This document shows, piece after piece, positions 48,736-59,230 of a stretch of DNA of 64,000 nucleotides. Origin of the DNA: Verrucomicrobiota bacterium (GTDB lineage Bacteria > Verrucomicrobiota > Verrucomicrobiia > Chthoniobacterales > JAFAMB01); assembly GCA_019239825.1 (NCBI GenBank), contig JAFAZK010000280.1, positions 12,563 to 76,562 of the forward strand, written 5' to 3'. Both the position numbers and the translations under genes were made by a program. Positions within the stretch are counted from its first letter, which is position 1; every line of letters starts with the position of its first letter. Under the pieces are notes generated by a model. That model ran no database searches and was not told the DNA's origin. It saw only the letters and a program-made list of their open reading frames with translations.

Positions 48736-48822
48736 GGCAGTTAGATAGGCGCTAACGCCTATCTAACTGCCCATAGCCTGCGTTCTTAAAAAATCGCCGA
48801 CGATTTTTTAAGAACGCAGGCT
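48736..48822. repeat. Two adjacent perfect hairpins
   Basis: 16-bp arms with 4-nt loop (48736-48771) and 22-bp arms with 4-nt loop (48775-48822). Confidence 0.9.
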
Positions 48823-48824
48823 GG

Positions 48825-51008
48825 CTAGTGGCTTATCAATTTCGAGTACGGTCCTCCTGCGTTTTTCATCGATTCATGAGTTCCTCGTTCCGCCACTTTC
48901 CCGTATTCCAAGACGATGATTTCGTCGCAGTCCCGGATACTACTCAGCCGATGCGCCACAATTAAACAAGAGCAACCGCGACGCCGCAGATTTTGATCGA
49001 TCTGTTCCTCGGTGCTCGGATCCAAAGCGCTGGTGGCCTCGTCCAGGATCAACAAACTCGGCGAGTTGACCAACGAACGCGCAATCTCCAGGCGTTGACG
49101 TTGTCCCCCCGAAAAGTTAACCCCACCTTCAGAGACTTGGCTGGACAGACCGCCTTGACGGGAAGCGACTACATCGGCGATGGCTGCATCCTTGCAGGCT
49201 TGTGTGATGTGCAAATCTGGTATCCCGGTGTCCCACATGGTAAGGTTGTCTCGAACCGTGCCTTCGAACATAAAAATATCCTGATCGACCATCGCGATCG
49301 AATTATGCAAAAGGCGTGGCGGGATTTTGTCTCGAGGGACACCGTCCAAGAGTATCTCTCCGCTCCAGGGCTTAAAAAGCCCGGCAACAATCTTGGAAAC
49401 CGTAGACTTACCACTCCCACTTCCACCAACTAGCGCTACCCGATGCCCTGGCCGAATACTGAAGCTGAGGTCCGCAATCAGCGGCGGCGCCAGCGGATTG
49501 AAACCGAAGGTCAGATTGCGCACATCGAGCTGACCGCTGAGCTTAATCGTCGCGTCAAACCGCGGGTCGACTGACTGTTCTTGGAGATACGCCGAGTCTA
49601 TTTCGTAGCGCAGAACATCATCCAAACGATTCAAATCGGAACCGGTCTCTTGTAACACGTTACCAAAGGTTACAAAAGAGGTAATCGGCTTGGTAAATCC
49701 GTCCATCAGCGACTGGAAAGCAACCAGCAAACCGATAGTTAGATGCCCGTCCATGACCCGCCAGCCGCCTAACCCGAGGATCGTGGCAGTGATCAGGGCC
49801 TTGGTAAACGGCGGAACGGCGGAGAGACTTTGACCATAAAAATCCATCTCTTGTTCGGCCTGAATGGTCTTGGCTTGATAGCCTCCCCAACGGGCAAAAA
49901 ACTCGTTCTCGCCGCCTGTCGCTTTGAGAGTTTCGATCATCTGCACGCCGTTCATCGAAGTACCCATTAGTTTTCCGCGCTCTTGCAGAAGCCGGAAACT
50001 CGCGTCAACTCTCGGGCGTTGAACCAGTTTGACGCCGAGGAGGTTGAGCATGGCCAAAGAGACGCACGCCAGGGTGAGCCAGACATCGTATTGAAACATT
50101 ACCAGGGCGAAAAACAGGAGCGCCATCAGGTCAAGAGCCGTGGTTACCATTTTGTCGGACAGCACCTTGGCCACTTTGTCATTGATCAGCACCCGCGAAC
50201 CGATCTCACCCGCATAACGCTGGGAGAAAAACTCCATCGGCAGCCGGATAACATGGGTAAAAAATTTAGCGGATGTGGTTAATGCCAGCTTGGTCTCCAG
50301 TCGCAAAAGGAAGTGCCTCTGCAAGGCGACAAGGAAGAGCATGAAAAGAATCGAGACCCCCATGGTCGAAAGCAGGGGACGCAAAATGTCAGTTTTATCG
50401 CCGATGAGAAATTCATCGATAAAAACGCGCGTGAACGAAGGGTTAACAATGTTGGGGATGATCAGCAGCAGCCCCGTCAACAACGCGTAACTCAACCCGA
50501 TCTCGAAACCAGAAACCCGCCGGCGCAATGCTGCTGCGAGACTCGGCTTTTCTCCGCCCGGAGTAAAACTCGGACCTGGCTGAATAGTTAGGACAACGCC
50601 GGTGAAAGAAGCCTCGAGCTCTTCGAGCGCAACTCTGCGCGGTCCAGTCGCAGGATCATTAAGATAAACCTTACCCTCGGCGACCCCTTCATATACCAAA
50701 AAATGATTGAAATTCCAATAGAGGATCACCGGCGGCTTCATCTTCAGCAGAGCCTCTAGCTCGCAGCGGATACCCTGACTCACCATCCCGTACCGGCGGG
50801 CCGCTTTGAGTAGATTACTCGCCTTACTACCATCCCGGCCGACACCGCATTCCAGTCGGAGTTGTTCCAGCGGAATCCAGAGATTGTGATAGCGAAAAAT
50901 GACGCCCAGGGCGGCTGCTCCGCATTCCACCGCCTCCATCTGCAACAAGGTTGGGGTGATCACTCGATCCGGAAGCCGCTCTTCCGCTGGCAGACTGGGT
51001 ACGCTCAT
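48825..51008 (-). CDS. NHLP/NHLM-type ABC transporter with C39 peptidase
   Basis: QMEAVECGAA (Cys), WNFNHF (His), LNDPA (Asp); TM domain; GGSGSGKST. Confidence 0.93.
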   Translation of the reverse strand: MSVPSLPAEERLPDRVITPTLLQMEAVECGAAALGVIFRYHNLWIPLEQLRLECGVGRDGSKASNLLKAARRYGMVSQGIRCELEALLKMKPPVILYWNFNHFLVYEGVAEGKVYLNDPATGPRRVALEELEASFTGVVLTIQPGPSFTPGGEKPSLAAALRRRVSGFEIGLSYALLTGLLLIIPNIVNPSFTRVFIDEFLIGDKTDILRPLLSTMGVSILFMLFLVALQRHFLLRLETKLALTTSAKFFTHVIRLPMEFFSQRYAGEIGSRVLINDKVAKVLSDKMVTTALDLMALLFFALVMFQYDVWLTLACVSLAMLNLLGVKLVQRPRVDASFRLLQERGKLMGTSMNGVQMIETLKATGGENEFFARWGGYQAKTIQAEQEMDFYGQSLSAVPPFTKALITATILGLGGWRVMDGHLTIGLLVAFQSLMDGFTKPITSFVTFGNVLQETGSDLNRLDDVLRYEIDSAYLQEQSVDPRFDATIKLSGQLDVRNLTFGFNPLAPPLIADLSFSIRPGHRVALVGGSGSGKSTVSKIVAGLFKPWSGEILLDGVPRDKIPPRLLHNSIAMVDQDIFMFEGTVRDNLTMWDTGIPDLHITQACKDAAIADVVASRQGGLSSQVSEGGVNFSGGQRQRLEIARSLVNSPSLLILDEATSALDPSTEEQIDQNLRRRGCSCLIVAHRLSSIRDCDEIIVLEYGKVAERGTHESMKNAGGPYSKLISH

Positions 51009-52324
51009 TAATTCTTGATTCCCAGGATCTCTTTGATTTTTGGAATGACGAACTCGACCGGGGGCTTACGCTCAACCACGATGGATGCTTGGGCTAACGT
51101 GCCGCTGAAAATACCCGTAGGCGGGCCCTGTGACGAAGACCATTTGTAGCCGCTCTTGGTTGTCGGATCAGGATACAGTTCGGCGGTTACTTCAATGGGC
51201 GCACCTTTTGACGTGAGGTCCTTAACTAGTTCGTCGTTTCGCAAAACGACTTTCATCCCGTCCGGCGTACTTGGAAAATAGGAGACACTCGAAACCTTTC
51301 CCAGGATGAAACCGTACTCCTCCGCTTTCACCGTCGAAGGCGAAATCTGGATCTCCTGACCCGTTATTACCTTTTTGCCTTGTCCGGCCGGCACGTAGAT
51401 CACCGCCTCCATCTTGGCGTCTTCCGCCTCCACCGTAATGATCCTGTCCTTGGAGCTGACGGGAGATCCTCTTTCCACTAACTTTTCAATGACCCGGCCG
51501 CTGTAGCGGCAGATGACCTTAGTGCCGGCGTCTTTCTCTTCCCGGAGTTGGTTCAAGTCCAGGGCGCTTTGATTAATTTCTTTGAGACGCGCGTTTCGCT
51601 GGGTTTGAGTTTCCCGGACCAGTTTAATCTCGCTGGTCCGGATCTCGCTCATCTTTACTTGGGTATCGGCCGCTTGTAATTGCACCGCATAAAGAGCGTC
51701 TCTGGCTTTGTTGACCGAAGCCTGAGTAGTCAACCCTTTCTGGAGAAGGTTTGATTGGTTGTCGAATTCGGTTTGGTCAGCGTCAATTTGCACTTTATAA
51801 CTCTTTTGGGCCGCCTCCATCGCCTTCTCTTCCTTCTCGTAGTCGGTAATCGCAGCGTTATCGCTTTTGGTTTCACGGGCGGTCATATCGGCATCTTGCG
51901 CCTGCAAAAGTTTGAGCTGCGCTTCCTGGGTCCTGATCTTTAACTCCAATTCTGACTGGCTCATCGTAGCCACGATCTGGCCGGTCGTAACTTCGTCACC
52001 AGGTTTGACCAGGACTTGGGTAACAAACCCGTCATTAGCGGCAGCCACGTCGTAGACAGCGCCTCCCCGAATCAGAATTCCACTTCCGCTAACCGTGTCC
52101 GGAATTCGCCCCAGAAAACCCCAGAGCAGGATCAGAAACAGGATTAGACCTAAGGCCGAGACCGCCAGCCAGCCGGCCGGCGAGGTAATCGACATTAAGT
52201 AATCAAGTTGCTCGGGGGAGGAGAGGCGCTCCAAAGCGGCTCTCCGAAAGATGCTCCGTTCGGTGGCGCCGTTGCTACTGGTGCCATGGTGGCCGGCCTG
52301 AGATGTATTTGATGTTTGGCTCAT
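51008..52324 (-). CDS. NHLM-type HlyD family secretion protein
   Basis: IFRRAALERLSSPEQLD, EEYGFILG, YKWSSSQGP; TAATG coupling to the transporter. Confidence 0.92.
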   Translation of the reverse strand: MSQTSNTSQAGHHGTSSNGATERSIFRRAALERLSSPEQLDYLMSITSPAGWLAVSALGLILFLILLWGFLGRIPDTVSGSGILIRGGAVYDVAAANDGFVTQVLVKPGDEVTTGQIVATMSQSELELKIRTQEAQLKLLQAQDADMTARETKSDNAAITDYEKEEKAMEAAQKSYKVQIDADQTEFDNQSNLLQKGLTTQASVNKARDALYAVQLQAADTQVKMSEIRTSEIKLVRETQTQRNARLKEINQSALDLNQLREEKDAGTKVICRYSGRVIEKLVERGSPVSSKDRIITVEAEDAKMEAVIYVPAGQGKKVITGQEIQISPSTVKAEEYGFILGKVSSVSYFPSTPDGMKVVLRNDELVKDLTSKGAPIEVTAELYPDPTTKSGYKWSSSQGPPTGIFSGTLAQASIVVERKPPVEFVIPKIKEILGIKN

Positions 52325-54317
52325 AGTTCCGGTCCTTCAAAACGGGGCCCACCGGTTCTCTCACATCTGGAACTGTCTCGAAAGCTTGCTCGGTTATATT
52401 CGCTTGTTCGACTGCTTTCGGAAATCCGGGGACCCGCAGCGCGGTCTCTTGCGACAGCAGGGTCGCAGTTTCATATCTCAAGTCGACAATAGCGTTGGCC
52501 AGAGCTAAGCGAAAATCGACCAACTGAGTTTCCGCGGTCGTCAGTTGCTCTTCCGACTGGATAGTCTCGAACATGGTGGTTGCACCTCGGCGAAACTTTT
52601 CCCGCATGTCGTTAAAGGACTTTCTGAACGCAATCACCGCATCATGCTGAGTCTCGACGTCCGAACCCAGTTCTTGAATGGTGTCCGCACTCGCGGTCAC
52701 GCTTGCGGCGATTGTAGTAGAAAGATCCTCCATCTGAATGATAGCTTGGTTCAGGTCGGATTGGGCCAGCACTACACCCCCCTTGGAACTGTTGTTGGCA
52801 AACGGCCAAGCTAACTGCGCTCCAAGCGATAAATCCAAACCGAGCTTGGTGCCTCGCTGGCTCTGGCCACTTGAGCTCGTTATCTTTTCGTTGTTGATGT
52901 CAGTCCCGATTCCGGTGGTTAGACTCGGGTATATAATGAGATCTTCCTTCGCTTTGGCTAAGCTCACCTGTTTTGACCTGATTGTCTGCAAGGCAGCAGC
53001 TCGATCGAGCCTCCGAGCCAGAGCCTCATCCACCAAAGCATCGGTGTTCAAGATTCTCGGCTGATGCTCGCTGACATCGGGGAAAGATTGAAATGCGAGC
53101 GGCAACCGGTGCAGTTGATCAGTTCTCAGACCGATGGTGATCGCCAGTTTCTTGGCAGCATCATAAACGGAAACTAATGCCTGTGTCCGTTGCGCGAATG
53201 ACTGCGAACGACGGCCCTCGGCCAGCGTGACTTCACTGTAAGGAACTCCGCCTCCCTCCGCCATCTGCTTAGATAAATCCTCAAGAATAGAGTCAACCCG
53301 ATAGGCGCGATCTTGCAGCGCAAATTTCTGCAAAGCGGATACCATTCCCCAGTACGCCTGGGCCGTGTCTGAGGCCGTCTTCTGAGCCTGGTTCCGTAAC
53401 GTTAGTAACCTGCCTTCGTAATCGATGCGTGCCTCAATCTCTTCTGCGTCGTTGTACAGGACGCCAGCTTTCTTGAAGACCGGGATGTTAGCGGTCATCA
53501 CAATTCGGTTCGTAGTCGGAGGGTATTTGTTGTTACCGGCCTGATCCACCCAGATCGGTTGATACAAAATAGACATGTCAATCCCGTTTCGAAATTTTTT
53601 GCTCAGTGAAACTTCCGTATCGATCGAGTCCGTCGCCTTTAGTTCCTGGCTCTGAACCGCTTGGGTAATTGCGCTGTTGATAGTCGAACTGCTGGCCGGG
53701 ATGCCAACGGAACGAAAGATGGAGGGCAGCGCCGAGCTTAGCACTTGCTGATTCGCGTCCAGAGAGGTATTGCTGGCTTCCGCTGGAATCGAGTGGGCGT
53801 ATTTAGCAATTAATAGTGCCGTAGTGTCGAAGTCGCCTACCTTTTGTTGAAGTTTGCCTTTCGCCGATTGCGAGTCTTCGGAAGATAGTCGCAAGTCTTT
53901 GTTTTGAACGAGTGCGATTCTCACTGCGTCGAGCAACGAAAGAGAGAACAGACCTGGCGGCGTGAGTTCAGTTAATGAGAGCGCGGATTCGAATTTCTGA
54001 TCAAACTCCTCTGCCTGCTGTTGCGTGATTCCGCCGACTACCTCACCTGTTCCGCCTGGACCGGTCGGGCTCGGCGATGGTAGTTGCCCAGGTGGGATCA
54101 ACGGCTTTATCTCATTGCGGTTACCTCCATGCTGCGGAAGTTCAATGGGTGCGCTTGAGGTTGGTGTGGGCGACGGTATCGCCGGTGGAACTGCCGGCGT
54201 AGTTTGAGCTTGCCCGGCAACTAAGAGGGTTGTTTCAAAGCCGATCAAACCGGCAATGCTTAACAAACTGAAGCGCAAAACATCCAACTTCGTCCTGCGA
54301 TAATGAAGAGATTCCAT
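52275..54317 (-). CDS. TolC-family outer membrane efflux protein
   Basis: LSLLDAVRIALVQN, two OEP-like repeats, first gene of the export operon. Confidence 0.82.
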   Translation of the reverse strand: MESLHYRRTKLDVLRFSLLSIAGLIGFETTLLVAGQAQTTPAVPPAIPSPTPTSSAPIELPQHGGNRNEIKPLIPPGQLPSPSPTGPGGTGEVVGGITQQQAEEFDQKFESALSLTELTPPGLFSLSLLDAVRIALVQNKDLRLSSEDSQSAKGKLQQKVGDFDTTALLIAKYAHSIPAEASNTSLDANQQVLSSALPSIFRSVGIPASSSTINSAITQAVQSQELKATDSIDTEVSLSKKFRNGIDMSILYQPIWVDQAGNNKYPPTTNRIVMTANIPVFKKAGVLYNDAEEIEARIDYEGRLLTLRNQAQKTASDTAQAYWGMVSALQKFALQDRAYRVDSILEDLSKQMAEGGGVPYSEVTLAEGRRSQSFAQRTQALVSVYDAAKKLAITIGLRTDQLHRLPLAFQSFPDVSEHQPRILNTDALVDEALARRLDRAAALQTIRSKQVSLAKAKEDLIIYPSLTTGIGTDINNEKITSSSGQSQRGTKLGLDLSLGAQLAWPFANNSSKGGVVLAQSDLNQAIIQMEDLSTTIAASVTASADTIQELGSDVETQHDAVIAFRKSFNDMREKFRRGATTMFETIQSEEQLTTAETQLVDFRLALANAIVDLRYETATLLSQETALRVPGFPKAVEQANITEQAFETVPDVREPVGPVLKDRNYEPNIKYISGRPPWHQ

Positions 54318-54452
54318 GGCAGATGTTCAGAGCGAGGGTCAGAGCCTATCCTTAACGCCGTTTTGGCATAAGCCTCCGATCTAAACAAGTGCGAAAAAAA
54401 GTGAATCTGCTTTACCGTTTTTTCTCGGTTCGTTTACGATTCCTACGAGCTT

Positions 54453-55217
54453 ATGGAAGTTGCGGTTGAAATCGTTGAGGGCAAACCAGTTCTGGTGTTT
54501 TCCCGGCGTCTTGATGATGAAGCCGCCGGACGATTCAGTCGAGAATTAGGCCTTTGGGTTGAACGGTTACTCACAAAAGGAATGTCCGATTTAGCGATCG
54601 AATTTTCCGGGGTCTCATATATTACCAGCGCGATACTCCGGTCGCTCTTGTCGATGGCTAAGCGAGTGCGAGCAAGGGGTGGGACCCTTTGTATCCTGAA
54701 CCCCAGCGCTGAAATCCAAGAAACATTTGGAGTCATTGGCTTTCGGGAGATCTTTGAATCTTATGGCGGCAAATTCAGGCTGAGCCTTCCGGCGGTCCCG
54801 CTACCACAGCGTACCCCGGCCGAGACTGCCCAACTTGATATTATTGTCGGCAATCGCGTGTTCGCTTGCGCCGACGGTGATACTCTTGGAACTGAAGGAT
54901 CGTTAGGGCCTGAGTTGTTTTCGGACTTGCCTGGCGTCGCCGCCCGACCCGTCCGCTTCCAAAACGCCGGCAGTCACTGGGTGGCGCTTGTGGGGGCCAA
55001 CCCCGGATCTATTGTTCGCGTCGATAGTCAAGTGGTGGCTCCGGGCCAAGAAGCTATTCTTAAAGACGACCACGTTCTTCAGATCGGTGAGGTGAGAGTC
55101 CGCGTTCACGTGACCTTACCCGAAGGCACCAGCCGTGAAGGCGAATCGATTAATGTCCAAGTCCAAGGCGTGTTCTCCCAAACCGCAGAATGGATCGACA
55201 AGGCGTTGAAGGAGTGA
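54453..55217 (+). CDS. STAS (anti-sigma antagonist) plus degenerate FHA-like domain protein
   Basis: SGVSYITSAILRSLL...K...GG.L STAS motif; C-terminal beta-rich region ending in LQIG. Confidence 0.7.
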   Translation: MEVAVEIVEGKPVLVFSRRLDDEAAGRFSRELGLWVERLLTKGMSDLAIEFSGVSYITSAILRSLLSMAKRVRARGGTLCILNPSAEIQETFGVIGFREIFESYGGKFRLSLPAVPLPQRTPAETAQLDIIVGNRVFACADGDTLGTEGSLGPELFSDLPGVAARPVRFQNAGSHWVALVGANPGSIVRVDSQVVAPGQEAILKDDHVLQIGEVRVRVHVTLPEGTSREGESINVQVQGVFSQTAEWIDKALKE

Positions 55218-55253
55218 GGGCCGCGGAAATGACAAAATGACAGATGACAAATG

Positions 55254-55579
55254 GAGGCGTGACTCGCTCAGCGCTCCTGGAGGGGAGCCGCTTTTGACCG
55301 TCCTGAGTCAAAAAACCGTCTCTGAAAGATTACGTTTGCCGATAGTCAGCGCGTGTTGGCAGGCGGCTCCCGCGAACGTTTCCTGATGCCCGCCACGACC
55401 TGCAGCGTCTCCGTTAGCTCAATGATCCAAATTTTCCGAGCAACCACACGCGGAGACGTTTGCGGGAGCCGCCCGCTAACACACGTTTGGTGAAACCACG
55501 ATTTTAAGCATGATGCCGCCAGCGGTCTGCCGCAGTCAAAAGCGGCCCCCCTCCAGGAGCGCTGAGCGAGTCACGCCTC
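55254..55579. repeat. Nested-palindrome element family A, copy 5
   Basis: About 45-bp terminal IR with one mismatch (GAGGCGTGACTCGCTCAGCGCTCCTGGAGGGG...). Confidence 0.9.
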
Positions 55580-55787
55580 AATCAGCCATCTGCTATCTGT
55601 AATTTCCCGGGCTCCGGCGCCTCCGCTATTAATATAGAGCCGTTGGCCACAGCATGGTGGCCGCTCGAATAACTCTGCTTTGCTGTCAATGCAATTTGCA
55701 CGAGATTGTGGCGTTTCGATTGCGATATTACGCATCTTGAAGCAATGCGATTTCGTTAATGCTCTGAAGATAAGGCACTTACAACTT

Positions 55788-55803
55788 AGGCTCAAAAATT
55801 GCT
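55788..55803 (+). promoter_or_regulatory. Possible sigma54 promoter of the response regulator
   Basis: AGGCTCAAAAATTGCT has GG-N10-GC spacing and a good -12 TTGCT; the -24 half is imperfect. Confidence 0.5.
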
Positions 55804-55830
55804 AAAACGATGATCGCAAAGCCGGATTTC

Positions 55831-57165
55831 ATGAGAGCGCTGATAATTGATGATGAAAAAGCAATCCGGAGTTCAACCGTCATTGCTATCCGAGCTGAGG
55901 GACATGTTGCCGAAGGTGCTGACAGTAAAGCGGTTGGTCTCCTGAAATTGCAGGAGGACGCTTACGATCTCGTCTTTCTCGACCTTCGCCTTGGAGATGA
56001 AGACGGTCTCGAAGTTCTGGAAGACATCAAACGAACATTTCCGCAAGTCCAGGTCGTGGTCTTTACTGCTTACGCATCAGTGGCTTCTGCAGTAACCGCG
56101 ATGCAGAAGGGAGCCTTTGATTACCTGGAGAAGCCTTTTACTCCGGAGAACCTCCGTCAAATCTTGGGCCGGGTCGAAAAACAGCGGAAGCTTGAAACCA
56201 AGATCGTCGAGTTGCAGCGCGAGATCGATCGCCAGAATCCGAGCGTCGATTTTTCTTCGGAAGACCCGGCCATGAAATCGGCGATAGAAATTTTGTTCAA
56301 AGCTGCGCCAACCCAAGCGGCCATCCTTTTGTTGGGGGAGAGCGGTACGGGCAAGAGTGTTTTGGCAAGGGCCATTCATGACCGGAGCGAAGCGAGAGAC
56401 GCGCCTTTTGTTACCGTAAGTTGCCCTAGCCTGTCTCGCGAGTTGCTCGAGAGCGAACTATTTGGGCATGTGAAAGGCGCTTTTACGGGCGCGATCAGAG
56501 ATACCTGGGGCAAGGTCGCGGCTGCGGAGGGTGGAACCTTGTTCCTCGACGAAATTGGCGAACTGCCCCTTGAGATCCAGCCGAAACTACTGCGTTTACT
56601 CCAAGAGCGGCAGTACGAGCGGGTCGGTGAACACAAGATCCGGGTTACCAATGCCAGGGTCATAGCGGCGACCAATAACGACCTAAAAGAACGAGTGCGG
56701 GTCGGGAGTTTCCGCGAAGATCTTTACTATCGGCTCGACGTGATCTCGGTTCGGATCCCGCCTCTGCGGGAGCGACTGCATGACTTAGACCGGATCACTA
56801 AATCGTATCTCGAATTCTTTTCTCGCCAGCTAGGGCGGCCCCGCTTGGCGTTTAGTGATGGCGCGTTAAAGAGACTCAACAGTTATCGGTGGCCTGGTAA
56901 TCTTCGAGAACTGAGAAACACGATTGAACGAGGGGTAATCCTATCGCCGGACGACTTTCTCAGTGAAAGGTTTATACCAGAAAATCCCCCAGCGCCTCTC
57001 GACGCCAGGATTTCAATCGGGAGCGATGTCAGTCTGGAAGCTTTGGAGGAGGCTCATATCCGTAGCATTTTGGGACGGGCATCCAGCTTGGATGCGGCGG
57101 CGAAGACCCTGGGGATAGACCCGGCGACCCTGTACCGGAAACGGAAGCGGCTCAATCTGCAGTGA
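55831..57165 (+). CDS. Sigma54-dependent response regulator (NtrC family, AlgB-like)
   Basis: Receiver (IIDDE, FLD, KP), [14 protein letters not shown], Fis [14 protein letters not shown]. Confidence 0.92.
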   Translation: MRALIIDDEKAIRSSTVIAIRAEGHVAEGADSKAVGLLKLQEDAYDLVFLDLRLGDEDGLEVLEDIKRTFPQVQVVVFTAYASVASAVTAMQKGAFDYLEKPFTPENLRQILGRVEKQRKLETKIVELQREIDRQNPSVDFSSEDPAMKSAIEILFKAAPTQAAILLLGESGTGKSVLARAIHDRSEARDAPFVTVSCPSLSRELLESELFGHVKGAFTGAIRDTWGKVAAAEGGTLFLDEIGELPLEIQPKLLRLLQERQYERVGEHKIRVTNARVIAATNNDLKERVRVGSFREDLYYRLDVISVRIPPLRERLHDLDRITKSYLEFFSRQLGRPRLAFSDGALKRLNSYRWPGNLRELRNTIERGVILSPDDFLSERFIPENPPAPLDARISIGSDVSLEALEEAHIRSILGRASSLDAAAKTLGIDPATLYRKRKRLNLQ

Positions 57166-57353
57166 CGCAGGCTGTTGGCCCTTAGAGAGACGTCGATGTC
57201 TTCTAAGCGCTTGACTTGAAGGGACTTCGGTATCCTCATGATGGATGCTTTTGAATATAAAGCTGGCAATACAATTTTGCGGTGCAGCCGCAAAATTGCA
57301 TCACAGCCTGGATTGTTGAGGGATCGTTGACGATTCTTCAACAATCCAGGCTT

Positions 57354-59189
57354 ATGCTGCGTTGGCGACTTACACTCGGCCTGCTGGCCACGTTGATCAT
57401 TTTGTTGACTGTAGGGGTCTATGGGGTCTGGCTATTTAATGACCTTGGACGCGCCGTCGACAAGGTTTTGTGCAACAACTACGACAGTATCCGCGCCTGT
57501 TCTTCCATGCGGGTGGGTACCGCTCGGGTTAACATTTTCTACTCTCGCGGAATAGACCGGCCAACTTTGCCCTACGACCAGACTGATCCGCTAGATAAAA
57601 CCGAAAAGGATTTCCAAGCCGCCATTCCGATCCTGGAGCGGAACGCCAAGGATCCGGAACAAAAGCGACTGGTGAGCGAGTTAAAGCAAGCGGTTACGGA
57701 TTACATCAGTGTTTACCGGGAAACGTTCCGCCAATATTTCGCTCATGACCCTGCGATCCACGAGTCTTGGGCTCGGATTCCGGAGCTGACGCTCAAGATC
57801 ACGAACCTGAGCCAGAACATCCTAAGTATTAATGAAAAGCAGATGTTGGAGGCCAACCAGGAGGCGCGTCGCAAGTCAGCGGATTCGATCCGGCTTCTAT
57901 TAATTGCGATGGTGAGTTCCGTCATCGTTTTCATTTTCACCTACGCCAGGCTCGGCCGTTCACTAATTGATCCGATCCGGAGGTTGACCCACTCGATTCG
58001 AGATCTGCGTTCCAGGGAATTCGAGAATCTCCTTCCGGTGCAGAGCCGGGATGAACTCGGTGAGCTCACCAATGAGTTCAATCGCATGGCTCAGGAGCTC
58101 CGCAGCTTCTATCGGGAAACGGATCGTAAACTCATCGAGTTAAACCAAATTATCCGGGCTCTGCTCACTACGTTGCCCTATCCTCTGTTTATCCTGGACG
58201 AACACGATCGCATCTCCCGGATGAATCCGGCTGCTGAAAGTCTCATGACGAATCTGGGCGCCGGAAGCGATTTGCCGTCGCAAGTCAAACGCCGGCTGGT
58301 AGACGTTTCCCGAGGCGGTACCGATTATCGGCTGGACGATCTCAAGCAAGCTTTACTGTTCAGAATCAACGAACAGGAAACGTATTTCTTGCCCCGAATC
58401 TTTCCCGTTATCCTCGAGGACGGAACATTCACTGGGCGCGCAGTGATGCTGGTGGATGTGACGCGCTTCCGCTGGTTAGACGAAGTAAAAACCGATTTGC
58501 TGGCGACGTTGAGTCACGAAATCAAGACGCCTTTGACCGGCATCCGACTGGTCCTCCATCTTTTGCTCGAGCAACGCACTGGCAAGTTGTCGAGCTCACA
58601 GGAGGAATTGGTGATGACGGGCTGTAATGAATGTGAGCGGTTGCTCAAAACGCTCAAGAGCATTTTGGATCTGGCCCGGATGGAAAGCGGGCAGGACCTA
58701 TTGGATCTTGTCCCGGTCTCGCCGGCCCAATTAGCGCGAGAGGCTTACGATCATTTCCTGGAATTTTTCGATCAATCTTCGCTGCAGCTGGAATTGGATG
58801 TGTCGCCGGATCTGCCAAAAGTGTCGGTTGATAGCACCCGCATCTCGTTAGTGCTTACTAACTTCTTATCAAATGCCCTCAAGTACAGTTTCCCTGGTAC
58901 GCAGGTAGACCTCCGGGTCCAACAACTCAGCGAGCAATTCGTCCGCTTTAGTGTGACCAACCGCGGTCCCGGATTGTCCGATCTAGAGCAAGCCAAGGTA
59001 TTTGATAAGTTCTATCGGGCGGAAAAACAAAGTATCCGGGACGGTGTAGGCCTGGGCCTATCCATCGCCCGGCAAATTGTGCAAGCGCACGACGGCCGTA
59101 TCGGGGTAAAAAGCGAGCTTAATGGTCTGACCGAGTTCTTCTGTGACCTCCCGGTCGCGGTGAGCGTAGAGCAGTTGGTCGAGGTGTGA
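57354..59189 (+). CDS. Membrane sensor histidine kinase (KinB-like; HAMP, PAS-like, HisKA)
   Basis: Two TM helices, DELGEL HAMP, SHEIKTPL, NFLSNALKY, GVGLGL. Confidence 0.92.
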   Translation: MLRWRLTLGLLATLIILLTVGVYGVWLFNDLGRAVDKVLCNNYDSIRACSSMRVGTARVNIFYSRGIDRPTLPYDQTDPLDKTEKDFQAAIPILERNAKDPEQKRLVSELKQAVTDYISVYRETFRQYFAHDPAIHESWARIPELTLKITNLSQNILSINEKQMLEANQEARRKSADSIRLLLIAMVSSVIVFIFTYARLGRSLIDPIRRLTHSIRDLRSREFENLLPVQSRDELGELTNEFNRMAQELRSFYRETDRKLIELNQIIRALLTTLPYPLFILDEHDRISRMNPAAESLMTNLGAGSDLPSQVKRRLVDVSRGGTDYRLDDLKQALLFRINEQETYFLPRIFPVILEDGTFTGRAVMLVDVTRFRWLDEVKTDLLATLSHEIKTPLTGIRLVLHLLLEQRTGKLSSSQEELVMTGCNECERLLKTLKSILDLARMESGQDLLDLVPVSPAQLAREAYDHFLEFFDQSSLQLELDVSPDLPKVSVDSTRISLVLTNFLSNALKYSFPGTQVDLRVQQLSEQFVRFSVTNRGPGLSDLEQAKVFDKFYRAEKQSIRDGVGLGLSIARQIVQAHDGRIGVKSELNGLTEFFCDLPVAVSVEQLVEV

Positions 59190-59230
59190 GGTAGGGCTTC
59201 AGCGAGCTCAGTCGAGACGGCGAAAATCTT

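Noticed and set aside
54318-54452. Sigma54 promoter for the export operon or STAS gene (TTGGCATAAG)
   Set aside because: No GC at the -12 spacing.
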